Assembly: GCF_006345805.1 (NCBI RefSeq)
Contig: NC_042998.1
Location: forward strand, 193,440,001 to 193,504,000
Source of the DNA: Octopus sinensis
Lineage: Eukaryota
DNA: 64,000 bases
Direction: 5' to 3'
The position numbers were made by a program, and so were the translations under genes. The notes under the pieces were generated by a model. That model was not told the origin of the DNA and searched no databases. It saw only the letters and a list, made by a program, of their open reading frames with translations. Positions 26,168-39,316 of this stretch are shown piece after piece (within the stretch, counting starts at the first letter, position 1; each line of letters begins with the position of its first letter).

Positions 26168-26245
26168 CAGCACCACCAGTAGTAGTAGCAGTAGTAACAG
26201 CAGCAGTAACAGCAGTAGTAGTAGTAGTAGTAATAATAGTAGTAC

Positions 26246-26284
<39 letters not shown>

Positions 26285-26353
26285 CACCACCACCAGTAGT
26301 AACAGCAGCAGTAACAGCAGTAGTAGTAGTAGTAGTAATAGTAGTAGTAGTAA

Positions 26354-26389
<36 letters not shown>

Positions 26390-26410
26390 CAGTAGTAGTA
26401 GTAGTAGTAG
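25598..26410. repeat. (AGT)n-based trinucleotide array with AGC/ACC/AAT/AAC variants and a 252-bp higher-order repeat
   Basis: Variant pattern starting agcagcaccaccagtagtagtagcagtagtaac recurs at 25914 and 26166. Confidence 0.95.
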
Positions 26411-26903
26411 AGACATACTTGTAAAAACAAACAAAAGTGCAATCTATTTACTGTCAGACTGAATAACTTGGTTTGACTGTCACCCATGCGTCTTCTTTTC
26501 ATTAGTATAATTCAACGAATATGCTTCTGAGAAATTCATCGAACGCTGAGACAATTGGTATTGGCGTATGCGCAACAAATTTCCCAGTTCTCTAAAGAAT
26601 CTCAAACCATATTTGCGTTAATTTTGCATGAAAATATTCTTCCCTCAAAACTAGTCACTTTCTATCAAAACTAATAAAAGTGTGTAATACGAAAGTATCA
26701 ATACTGTGCGATTAGATTTCGCCAATTTTAAATATATATATTCAACAGAAATCGATTACTTGTCTTTAAAACACCTTTCAGATATGCATTTAATCATATT
26801 CGTCAAAAGTTATTCTCAACGGCGTATTAAATACCTGAGTACATCCGAAGTTGTTCAATCAACATCAGAATATTTTCATTTCAAAATACGCCACTTACAA
26901 ATA

Positions 26904-27279
26904 TCTATATATATAAAAGTGAAGTTGTGTGAGTGTCTGTCTCCTACGATTTAGATTCCTAACTACTCCCACATTTTGCGGTGCAATTTAACCAAATTCG
27001 GGTATCTTATAGTCTGGGTATTAGCGCGCGTCTACGATGAGTCTACGATTTTAAAAATAATTTAACATCATTTTTTTCCATTTTAACGCATATTTCTTAA
27101 ATAAAGGGAAGTAACTCTCTAAAAATGTCTACGATGAGTCAACGATTTTTAAAAAAATTTACCATAATTTTTTTTCCATTTTTAATGCATTTTTTGCTAT
27201 TTTTTGGCTATAACTCTCTAAAAATGCTTATATAGTTATTTCCCTTACAAACCCGAGCAACGCCGGGCGATACTGCTAG
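26904..27279 (+). mobile_element. Non-autonomous Helitron
   Basis: A|TC ... cccgagcaacgccggg ... CTAG|T. Confidence 0.85.
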
Positions 27280-27970
27280 TGTAATATAAAAACAACGAGG
27301 ACGCTTCTATATAATCAGTTAATCGGTTAGAAACAGTAGGTATATCTTCCTCATTGCATAACTTACACCTTGAAAGCTCAAAGGATTGTCCTGGATGTTG
27401 TTCTGAATAAGCAATGGCTGAAAGAAAGACACAACGAGCATAGCTGCAACGCCTTTGAACATAGATCCTCGAATCTGGGACGACGTGAAGCAAAACAAGA
27501 ACACATAATATAGATGAGACAAGCTGACACTGAATCAGCTTCGCTGACTGACAGGTGACGGTCGTGTAGAAAATGCGCGGGCTAAAACTACGCGCCTTCA
27601 CTAGTCAGTTAAGGTGAGACAGTGTCGCGTGACAACTTGCTGGGGCTGCCTGCTGGAGCCTAGCAGCAAGGATATAAAGGGGAAAATTTGACAAGTCAGT
27701 CAGTCACCGGCTGACACTCGCTGACGATACATCGAAGAGGCCAGGGAACAGAAGAAAGAAGAAGAAAGAAGACATGCATCCAACACCAGAGCTGAAGACA
27801 CCTGCGAAAGGGGTGGGGGCCCGCCACGTCAAAACGGTAGAGGAGTAGGGGCCGAAACCGGACATGGTTCCTCCTGATGATGTCTGGAGCTAACTGGATC
27901 CTATTAAGGAGCTGTTGTGGTAGCAGACCATGAAACACGGTTGTAATTCCTCCCTGAAGGAAATATAACA
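27280..27970 (+). mobile_element. Unclassified GC-richer unit, possibly a solo LTR
   Basis: TG...CA ends (tgtaatat / atataaca) and a TATAAA at 27673; no TSD found. Confidence 0.3.
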
Positions 27971-28355
27971 AGTGATTCTTCTGAGTTGCTCATGCCTGAT
28001 GCACCAATATATTTCCATTACAAACAATTTATGTGTGTATATAGTTCCTTGTTAATTGATAACACTAATAAACAAGGATTTCGTTACTGAGACGTTTGCG
28101 GGTGTTTTCTAGGGAATTTCATTATTCTGATTTGAAATATATCGTCTAAAATTATCACCACTAAATTTGACCTGACCCTATTCTTGAACTTCTATAAATT
28201 TTTAACCTAAATTAAGTTCAAAACAATTCAGATTTGAAAATTGCACCTTGGCATTCTTCCTTTGTCAAGTAAGGAAGGGCTCAGCTAATCGATAATGCAG
28301 TTGCGTGATCTGTTGCCTAGGTAACCAAAAGCCGTATAGCAGTGTACGTAGTTAA

Positions 28356-28571
28356 TCCTTTTAGCATTCAAATTACTCTGTTAAAACATAATACTTATTC
28401 ATTCAGATTGTTTTCAATTAATCATGCATTACCTTGTAGCTTTGAGATTTCAATGAGGTGATTGTATTTTTTTAGAATGGCATTGTGTGGTAGGTGTGAG
28501 AGGCCAAATCTGGTAGTTTGAACATAAAACATATAGTTTCGCTGGATATGGCCGGTTTAAATACTAACATG
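28356..28571. mobile_element. Degenerate piggyBac-type MITE
   Basis: TTAA on both sides (28352-55, 28572-75); decayed short TIRs tccttttagcatt / aatactaacatg. Confidence 0.5.
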
Positions 28572-29482
28572 TTAAATGGGTTGAATGGGCAGCGTGTATT
28601 TTTATAGAGGAAGTAGTGCGACTTATTTATGTTCCCAGTATTTTTGTATCATATTGTTTTGATAAGGTGTCAACGAGTATATCACAATGCCTTTTACTGT
28701 GTGTATAGGAGGTAGACGTCTGCACAACACCATCAGGGGCCGTCCAAGAATTTGGACCTGGAGATTTCCATTTCCAGTGACTTCGAGGGCCACCTCCCAG
28801 TGGTGTCGAGCGTCAACGAAGAGCCCTCGACTACAACAAGACGACCAAAGTTTTTTTTTTTTCTTTTTTCAAGGTCTGGGGTCTCCCGCCCCTAAGCCCT
28901 AGACCATCACCTAATCACCCTTACCCGTCTTGTTGCTTAACAACAACAACACCATCTGAGAAACATAAATACATCAATGAATGAAATATGTGTACACGCG
29001 CTGCATTTGCTATAATATTAGTAATCATGAGAAGCTTTTGAAAGCATGTTTTCTGTACGAAGTGTAGTTCAATTTCGTTCCCATGGTTTGGAATGAGTCG
29101 AAGTGTCACAACGATTATTGTCATTTCAGCATGATGAAAATACTTGGGCTGGGGTTAGTGGAAAATGGCCCCAAGCATTCAGATTGGGAATCATTCTTCA
29201 GGTTTATAAAACTCGGTAACCAGTATATAGATTTAGTCATGTTGCTAACAAACTCGCTTTGCCACTATTTTTGCGGGTACAATCACAATGTGAAGTATTT
29301 TGAGCAAGTGTCTTCTAAACACTACCTTGTGAGTGGAGTTTCATAGACAGAAACCATGGAGAAGCCCGTTGCGTTCGTTTATATGTAGATGTATGTCTGT
29401 ATACTTGTATATTCGCGTGTGACGAAAACATCGTGCATATTACTAAGTCATACTTGCTTGCGAATAACGAGTGTATATATAT

Positions 29483-29783
29483 ATCACCGTGACCGACCAG
29501 GCTATCAGCTGTTGATACACATCGCTGGTCACAATGCGCTTCGCATTGCTTTAGCCGTCGAATGACGCCACCTCGCTGGCTAAGCGAGCAGGCCAGCAGA
29601 AGAAAGAGTGAGAGAAAGTTGTAGCGAAAGAGTACAGCAGGGTTCGCCACCACACCCTGCCTGGTCATGTGGAGCTTTAGGTGTTTTCGCTCAATAAACA
29701 CTCACAACGCCCGGTCTGGAAATCGAAACCGCGATCCTACAACCGCGAGTCCGCTGCTCTAACCACTGGGCCATTGCGCCTCC
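29483..29783 (-). mobile_element. Third tRNA-derived SINE family
   Basis: A box tggcccagtgg and B-box-like gtttcgatttcc in the head ggaggcgcaatggcccagtggttagagcagcggactcgcgg; unique body; tail ...ggtcggtcacggtgat. Confidence 0.75.
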
Positions 29784-29898
29784 ACATATATATATATGAG
29801 ATAGAGGGAGTGGGGATACACATGCATATATGCGTACACACGTGTATATATGCATACATACACACGTACGCACACAGATATACATGTATACAAAACAT

Positions 29899-29930
<32 letters not shown>

Positions 29931-29956
29931 GTAAACCCTCGTAAGCATATGCATTT

Positions 29957-30355
<399 letters not shown>

Positions 30356-31767
30356 CGAAAGAGAGATTGCTTGACTTTCTTCAACATTTTCAAAAATCTA
30401 TTCAAAAAGAAAACTTTATGCGGCTACAACCGTTTATTAACGAATATATTTGAGCAGTTCCTTCCTTTCTTTTTGTTTTTTTCTTCCTCTCTTGCATCAG
30501 AAAATATTTTTCCCACTTCTCGTAGATCCTATTATTATGATCAATTACGTTGATAAACATATTTCGGAGCAAAATTGTTAGCTTAGCATGATCATCACAA
30601 AGTTTATTTTTACTTGCAGGATGTGTATAATAATTTGGATGAGTCCTGATGTTATTTCGATGATATTGGGCAGCTGAAGAGTTAATTCTCTGACTCAAAT
30701 ATTATCTTTCTTCGCCGCTTTCTCTTTTCTGCTGCTAAAATCACCACAGCTTAATTAGAGGTTTCTTCTGGGTAAGTATTGTTGCACTGCAATTTTGTTT
30801 GTTGAAAAGAGAAAAATCGAGCATGTGCATGAAATACAGCGTAGAAAAAGTCCATTATTTTTAACATATCTGTTGATATTGTAATGTTAGTTAAAAGAAA
30901 AATAAACGAAAATTTGAAAATCTATTTTGTAGATAAAAGCAACGTTTCAAGGCAGAATTTTACGTCTTAATCAACACGGTGTATACGTTTTGAAAATTGG
31001 TTAATATATTTAGACTTAACAACCTATATATCTTCGCTATATTCGGACAAGTCATTTGTTATACTAGAAATCGAATGGGGGGAAAAACGGATTCCTGACT
31101 AATATTATTCAAAGGAAATTACACGATCAATATAGCTTGTAGGAAATACTAATGGAATTATACCGTACACGAAGAAAAGCCCCAAAAGTAATTGGCCTAT
31201 AGCCGATTGCTATAAAAGACTAGTATAAAATAAACATACCTAGAAAAGATATCTTATGACGCATGGATAGCAGATTTATCCATCTAGTTATTTCATACCA
31301 ATACTTTTAACATGTTCATCGCTAACGATGATGTAAATACTCCGAAAAATTATTATTTTTATTAATTTTGACCATTGATACAAGGCCGCTGTGCTTATCT
31401 TATGAAACAAGATAATACTTTTTCAGTCTCTTGAGGCCTACTGAAGAGATGAAATTCTTTTAATTTTATGCTTTTGGTCCCGAATATTATATCATTATCA
31501 ACAATGTATCTCAGACATTTGGACATGAAGTAAAATATTCAAGTATTTTTAATTGGCCCGGGTATCGCTCACATCTCTCTTACATGCATTTATCAACCGC
31601 GGAAGCGATGAAGTATAAGTCAACACTGTAGGGAAATTAGAAAACAAAAGAAAATATTTTACGATATTTAACTGATTCTCCACAATTCTACCAATCAGGC
31701 GTATTTAAAGCATATTGCACCAGCTCTCCTTCTCTTACGGTCCCATCAACAAGATTGACAATAATTA

Positions 31768-32001
31768 TATTTCTTTACTACCCACAAGGGGCTAAATGCA
31801 GAGGGGACAAACAAGGACAGACAAATGGATTAAGTCGATCACATCGACCCCAGTGCGTAACTGGTACTTAATTTATCGACCCCGAAAGGATGAAAGGCAA
31901 AGTTGACCTCGGCGGAATTTGAACTCAGAACGTAGCGGCCGACGAAATACCGCTGAGCATTTCGCCCGGCGTGCTAACGTTTCTGCCAGCTCGCCGCCTT
32001 A
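31768..32001 (-). mobile_element. OR1-like SINE, long tail, with TSD
   Basis: caataattatatttcttt at 31759-31776 and 32003-32020. Confidence 0.92.
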
Positions 32002-32124
32002 CCAATAATTATATTTCTTTAATAGACAATAGACCTCTCTTTCCATCTATATTATAATTCTTCTTGCTCGTTCGTTCGCACGTTACGCTTTAGTTTGTTA
32101 GAGAGAGGGCCGGGAGTGAGTGAA

Positions 32125-32318
32125 AGGACAAACAAGAAGAGACAAACGGATTAAGTCGATTATATTGACCCCAGTGCGTAGCTGGTACTTAATTTATCGA
32201 CCCCGAAAGGATGAAAGGCGAAGTCGACCTCGGCGGAATTTGAACTCAGAACGTAGCGGCCGACGAAATACCGCTGAGCATTTCGCCCGGCGTGCTAATG
32301 TTTCTGCCAGCTCGCCGA
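32125..32318 (-). mobile_element. OR1-like SINE lacking the tail end
   Basis: Shares the diagnostic ctcagcggtatttcgtcggccgctacg with the adjacent copy. Confidence 0.85.
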
Positions 32319-33425
32319 CATGTTGATTTCTTAACAATGTTATCTCTTCAACCTTGTATTTTAATCCGGGGCAACAAAAATATAATTACTCCGGAAACTA
32401 CTTTGTCAGTTATAAGATTTCATCGTCGCATTATTTGGCAATCCAGGACTTCAATAATTCTGGTTTTATTGGTAATTTACACAATTAAATCCAAATTTGG
32501 GTTTGTTTCATTCTTAAAATGGGATTTGATTTTATTCCAAAAGCTTTTGTTTCTTTTAGAAACTACACTAATTTCTAATTATGTTCTTCGTTACTAATTA
32601 CTCATGAAATTTCAACACTGTGCGTTTTGGTAATTTCTAGTTATGCAAGAGATTTTTGGCTTTCACTTCTTTTATTAAAAATTATCCGCCCCCAGGAAAC
32701 TGCTTCACGTAACTGTTTCAGCACTGATTATAAACTAATTATCTTTACTTCCTTACTTGCAAAATGGTTATTTACTAATTGTTTAATTAGCAATTGATTT
32801 TAGCTGTTTCTATCCTTAGATTTTAGTTTCTAACCACGAAAGCATTATCAAAAGCATTAAAACCGTGTTTGGCACAATATCGCGTGCACTCATACATGCA
32901 TGCACACACACACACGGATACACTGGCACATGCGCACACGTATATACTTAAATGCATATACGCGTGTAAGGGAGTGACTAGATGACCCCAAAATAGACGG
33001 TGATTGAATTTAAATTTTCATATAAATTAAAGTAATAGATAAAGCTTATCAAACTAGCAATGTGAGTAACTAGTTCAGGTTAAAGAAGTTCATCGATGCT
33101 TATAGATATGATCCTTCATCAGTTTGAATTTTAAAAATACCTCATAGATATTTGATATCTTACAACAGAAACTGAAATCATTCCTAGAAGACACTTGAAT
33201 TGAAATTATAAGAAAACGTTGAAATTATGCCCGCTTTTAATTTTATTATTAAAAAACTCGGAATAAATAAATGAGTAAATAAATAATGAACAACGAACGA
33301 TTTTGAAGTATGCAGTTAGAATGTGTGTGTAATTAGAACGAAAGACGGTAGGTCAGAAGAATGACAAGATGTTTGCACAAGTTACTTATAATAAAGCTGA
33401 TAAAATTTATGGTTACCGAAATATT

Positions 33426-33894
33426 TATTTCTTTATTGCCCACAAGGGGCTAAACATAGAGAGGACAAACAAGGACAGACAAAGGGATTAAGTCGATTAC
33501 ATCGACCCCAGTGCGAAACTGGTACTTTTATTTATCGACCCCGAAAGGATGAAAGGCAAAGTCGACCTCGGCGGAATTTGAACTCAGAACGTAACGACAG
33601 ACGAAATACCGCTAAGCATTCCGCCCGGCGCGCTAACGATTCTGCCAGCTCGTAATACCTATTTCTTTATTGCCCACAAGGGGCTAAACACAGAGGGGAC
33701 AAACAAGGACAGACAAACGGATTAAGTCGATTATATCGACCCCACCCAGTGCGTAACTGGTACTTAATTTATCGACCCCGAAAGGATGAAAGGCAAAGTC
33801 GACCTCGGCGGAATTTGAACTCAGAACGTAACGACAGACGAAATACCGCTAAGCATTCCGCCCGGCGCGCTAACGTGTCTGCCAGCTCGCCGCC
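33426..33894 (-). mobile_element. Head-to-tail dimer of OR1-like SINE
   Basis: TSD ttaccgaaatatt at 33413-33425 and 33895-33907; linker aggtatt at 33654-33660. Confidence 0.9.
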
Positions 33895-34105
33895 TTACCG
33901 AAATATTATTTAAGTCTGAGGGAAGAAACGGCAAGACAGCAGAACAAAAAAATATGAAATGTTTAGAAATAATTAGTGATTCGAGTATATAACTTTCCTT
34001 TGAGTTTTGTTTAAATTCTTCACGAAATTCAAGTTGGTTTCTAACAAGGCTTTATTGTTTGAGTCAAGACATTTATGACGATTTCCTATTGAATTAGTGC
34101 GTACA

Positions 34106-34487
34106 TCTCTCTCTATATAAACGGCAGTTTGTCTGTGCGTGTTTCTGTGTGTCTGTTTGCTTGTACCCTCACCCTGACCACGGCTTTCAACCGATTCTGA
34201 TGAAACTTGACACACACATAGCCCAATGTCATAATTCAAAACTAACGCAGCGAAAATTTTGAAAAGTTCCCCCAGTTCTGAAAAAAATCGATAAATTCGA
34301 CATGGGGTGGAGAATCAGAAACACAAACCGCAAACTGTCTAGGGGACGCAACTCCACCTTTTTTAACTAAAAAAAAATTTACCATCATTTTTTTCCATTT
34401 TTTTGCTATTTTTTGGCTATAACTCTCTAAAAATGCTTTATAGTTATTTCCCTTACAAACCTGAGCAACGCCGGGCGATACTGCTAG
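34106..34487 (+). mobile_element. Helitron with family 3' end but a different 5' two-thirds
   Basis: A|TC start and CTAG|T end; only the last ~120 bp match the other four copies. Confidence 0.8.
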
Positions 34488-35088
34488 TTGTACATGTATT
34501 TAAGAGTATTTGAGGATAGATTCAGACTTGTGTTAGGATGTACATGTTCTTCGGTATGTGTCAGATTAACAGATGTGCTTGCATGAATATGCTCATTTCA
34601 AGCAACTCAAATGGGAGATATTCGAATTGTTTTACAAACCTTCACAATACTAATTGATTACATTTAGAGGACGCGAGTCACTTTAACAAACCTTCACAAT
34701 ATTAATCGATAGTATTTACCAGATAGAAGCCAGATGTATCCACTGCAAATTATTCTAGATCATTCGGAGTAGGGATATATATATATATATATACAACTTT
34801 CATTATACGGTCGTTCGTGATACGACCTCCAGTTTGTGGATTTAACACAAACTTGTACTACATTCTTATAATTGCTTACGATAGCAAAGCTTCTAACATA
34901 CCGCTCGTGATTAAGGGTAATTATTCTACCTATGTGTTTCTCTCTCGTTGGTAGTTCCCATAGGTTTTGGATAGTCTGCGAAATTCACAACTGGTAGTTC
35001 GAGAATTCATTATTCCCTTTTCATTTAATGATAATATCTAATTGTCAGAAGTATTTTTTTTCTTCCTGAATCTATGTTCTTTTGGAAA

Positions 35089-35407
35089 GACTCCGCCGGT
35101 TACGACGACGAGGGTCCCAGCTGATACGATCAACGGAACAGCTTGCTCGTGAAATTAACGTGCAAATGGCTGAGCATTCCACAGACACGTGTACCCTTAA
35201 CGTAGTTCTCGGGGATAATCAGCGTGACACAGAGAGTGACAAGGCTGACCCTTTGAAATACAAGTACAACTCATTTTTGCCAGCTGAGTGGACTGGAGCA
35301 ACGTGAAATAAAGTGTCTTGCTCAAGGACACAACGCGTCGCCGGGAATCGAACTCACAACCTTACGATCATGAGCCGAATGCCCTAACCACTAAGCCACG
35401 CGCCCTC
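35089..35407 (-). mobile_element. Fourth tRNA-derived SINE family
   Basis: A box tggcttagtgg, B box gttcgattccc, central gtgtccttgagcaagacact domain typical of conserved-domain SINE superfamilies. Confidence 0.8.
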
Positions 35408-35654
35408 ACTGGAAAGAAATAATACATGATGATTACGCATTCTCATTTCTGTCAATGATTTTACTCCCTTCTGTCGGCGAAAGGCAACTGCACCCCTGTA
35501 AAAACGGACATTCAATTCCATTTTAAGGAATTCTATTGGTGCTAGGTGCTGATTGGGAGCATGTTTGATTACGGGTTTCACCATGTCCGTAAGTTTTCTA
35601 CCACCTACTGCCATAATCATTTTATCATTTAGTAGTCTGCTAATATAAACAATA

Positions 35655-36070
35655 TACTCTTTACTCTTTACTCTTTTACTTGTTTCAGTCATTTGACTGC
35701 GGCCATGCTGGAGCACCGCCTTTAGTCGAGCAAATCGACCCCAGGACTTATTCTTTGTAAGCCCAGTACTTATTCTATCGGTCTCTTTTGCCGAACCGCT
35801 AGGGTGACGGGGACGTAAACACCAGCATCGGTTGTCAAGCAATGCTTGGGGGACAAACAGGACACACAAACACACACATACATATATATATACATATACA
35901 TATATACGACAGGCTTCTTTCAGTTTCCGTCTACCAAATCCACTCACAAGGCATTGGTCGGCCCGGGGCTATAGCAGAAGACACTTGCCCAAGATGCCAC
36001 ACAGAGGGACTCAACCCGGAACCATGTGGTTGGTTAGCAAGCTACTTACCACACAGCCACTCCTGCGCCT
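35655..36070 (-). mobile_element. OR2-like (CORE-type) SINE, full length
   Basis: Head aggcgcaggagtggctgtgtgg, cttgggcaagt core, internal (AT)n(GT)n, tail ...gactgaaacaagtaaaagagtaaagagta. Confidence 0.9.
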
Positions 36071-37631
36071 ATATGCTGCTTTAAATTTTGCCTCTAGCTG
36101 GATTTGAGCTGTTTGTAAGTTTCGCTTATTTCTGTTTGTTCGTAAACGTGTTCATGTAATGACAGTGGTACAATCCCTGTGTTATTGCTATAATTTTCTT
36201 TTAGACGTGGGTCATATTTCGAGGAATTTCTCAGAATCTACTGGGCTGCTGATACTGTTATTTACTATGCACGTTTCATGGTAAATTTTGCTAAATGCAA
36301 CAGACTATTTTTTCTCAACAAATGTAACTTGTCGCAATTACTTATGAGAACTACCAACGAGAGAGAAACACATAGGTAGAATAATTACCCTTAATCACGA
36401 GCGCTATGTTAGAAGCTTTGCTATCGTAAACAATTATAAGAATGTAGCACAAGTTTGTGTTAAATCCACAAACTGCAGGTTGTATCACGAACGACCGTAT
36501 AATGAAGATTGTATATATCCCTACTCTGAACGATCTAGAATCATTTGGAGTGGATGCATCTGGCTTTTATCCGGTAAATACTATCGATTAATATGGGTTG
36601 TTGAGATATTTTACAACCCTCCCGGTGGCATTTCGTTCCCTTCACATAGCCAATCGTGAGATCTTCTGTAAACTTTTTTTAATAATAGATTCAGACCTTG
36701 TTCAATTCAAAACTCCATTCGAATTTCTCTTCATAGTTTTTTGACCTGCAATGGCTAAACTCACTTTACTGTATAGTTATGATGCATATTATCACGTTTA
36801 ACTTATCAGTTTTATTTCGATGATTGATTATTGCTACGATCTTCTTTAAACAGGTATTTCTTTGTCTTTTTGCACAGAAGATAACCAGTTCTTTCTTACG
36901 TTAATAAGATTGTCTACACATCAACATTTTTTATAGGATTGGATTAACTATAAGACAGAATAGTTTTCTAATCATACACGGTTGAATTCGACGCGTGTAT
37001 TATGTATGCTTGTTTGTGTATGAATACACGTATGTGCGCATGTACATAATTATAAACGGATAGCACGTACACACACCAGCGTATGCTAACATATGAATAA
37101 AGGCATAACATCGTATATGCATGACAAAATGTGCTCAACACATTCAGAGAAAATATATTCGATTTATATGTCTCTGTAAAGTAAAAATTCTGCGAAGAAA
37201 TATGTAAATATATAACCGAAAACAAATGCAAATGCCAAAAAAATAACAGACGCGGTACTTATGGATTTATGCACATTTATACATAAGTAAACACAAACAT
37301 GAACTCAAATGATATACAGTTTAGGAAAATATGAACTAAAGTAAATAATAGTAAAATAGATATACGCCGGTAGAGATATTGTGACATCTATGCATATATT
37401 TATGTATTCATGAAAAGCGGATGAAAATATTCGTGCAGATATACGTAATATGCACCGTAAAGTATTATGCGATACATTTCATTTTCTTGTAAAGGTACAT
37501 ACACAAATATATATATATATATTTGTGTGTATGTATATATATATATATATCTTCGTTACTATAGGGACAGTCCGGATATTTATTGATCAGACCACGAACA
37601 TGAATAAAGCTGGTTAAAAATAGAGTGCATT

Positions 37632-38029
37632 ATTCCTTTACCTATTTCAGTTATTTGATTGCGGCCATACGGAAGCACCGCCTTTAGTCGAGCAAATCGA
37701 CCCCAGGACTTATTCTTTATAACCCTGGTACTTATTCCATTACTCTGTTTTGCCGAACCGGTAAGTTACGGGGATGTAAACACAACATCGGTTGTTAAGT
37801 AATGGTAGAGGGACAAACACAGACACTCAAAAGACACACACATATACATGTGTATATATATATATATACGACGGGCTTCTTTCAGTTTCCGTCTACCAAA
37901 TCCACCCTCGAGGCTTTGGTCGACACGAGGCTATAGCAGAAGATACTTGCCCAAGGTGCCACGCATTCGGACTGAACCCGGAACCATGTGGTTCGGAAGT
38001 AAGCTTCTTACCACACAGCCACTCCTGCG
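37632..38029 (-). mobile_element. OR2-like SINE
   Basis: Homologous to 35655-36070. Confidence 0.88.
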
Positions 38030-39316
38030 TTGTTATATTTGTAGGTATAAATTTATTGGTGATATTTTTGATTCTCGAAAAAAATATTTATGGTTGGCAA
38101 TAGTTTATTTTTTTCTGAACGTCTCTTGAAGTTAAATGTCACTGCAAAGATATTGTCATAGATCTTTGCTGTTATACTGTTTTGTCATTTGTATAGATAA
38201 GGTAACATTGCTTCCGGTATTCAAAAGAAATGCGTTTAATGGTTAGAACGGAATATAAAAAGATCGAAAGTTATGTCATTTTACTATTCACAATTTTATA
38301 AATTTTTGTTCAGTTTCTCGTGTCAACATTACATTGGAAAACTGTCTTTGAATAAACGCATATAAATATGAAGGCAAGTATTTAAGTTGGTAGAATTATA
38401 ATTGTTTAATCCTATTTTTATTAAAGATACGATGGTTCTTATTTTGCGAGGTACAGATTTCTTTGGTAATGTAAATAATTTGGCTAAAGCAGTATATACA
38501 ACTATATTGGGCGGAGAATTATATGAACTGATATTTTTTTCTAATTTCATGTACAGAAATTATAGAATTTTTTCTCTTCTTTTTTCTCTTCTCTTCTTTT
38601 TTTTTTGTTATAAACTACAGATGAGCATATTATCAAAAATGAACCTACACGCATCCAGATGTATCTAAATAATGCATTAATTACCAACCTCCAGCCTGTT
38701 GTTAATTTGGTGCCCTAGTCTGTGTATGAGTATAGTTTCCTTAATTCTTAAATTACCCAAATTTCTTTAATTGGCCTCAATTGTGACTGCTATGCTTTTG
38801 TCGGTATTCTGTCTAGATGATTTCTGAAGGAGGAAGCTCTCGTGCGTGTGTGTGTGTGTGTGAGTGAGTGTGTTTGTGTGTATGTTTGCATCCCGTTCAG
38901 TCTCGTGTAATTTCATATCAAAAAGGGGGGGCGAGTACCAACACTTCAATATGGCTGTTTGAACAATTGTGAAGTGTTCCCACATGAAACCATTGGTTGC
39001 CTTTCTAACCAACTGAAGAAAATAACTGAAGTCAGTAAATCACTGAGAAGTAGCCTTCATAAGCTTCAACATATAATGTTTTACTATCTTGTGACTCAAA
39101 ATTTCGTACTAGATCATACTGAAAAGAATGCGAAATAAATAAGATCTAATAAAACATCAATACGATGATAACTCAATCTATCCATAACAGTCCAGTCCCT
39201 CTTTCTCAAGCATATACTTCCATATTTTATTCCACCTTTTTTATTCCAACTTTCTACCACATACATTATTTTGACTGCAGCGTTTTAATTTTGAACTCTC
39301 TTGGAAACTAGAGAAA

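Larger units (their letters stand above)
34699..36594. repeat. ~260-bp inverted repeat pair, 1.4 kb apart
   Basis: 34699-34963 is the reverse complement of 36341-36594 with scattered mismatches. Confidence 0.88.

Noticed and set aside
25484-26434. 316-aa poly-Leu ORF (and poly-Ser on the other strand)
   Set aside because: Trinucleotide array; no non-repetitive coding content or splice context.
27795-27950. Hammerhead candidates (CTGAAGA...GAAA, CTGATGA...GAAA)
   Set aside because: Stems I and III cannot be paired adjacent to the core.
29700-29783. SINE heads as tRNA genes (also 35330-35407 and OR1/OR2 heads)
   Set aside because: A/B boxes are present, but each continues into a SINE body and tail and I could not fold a full cloverleaf.
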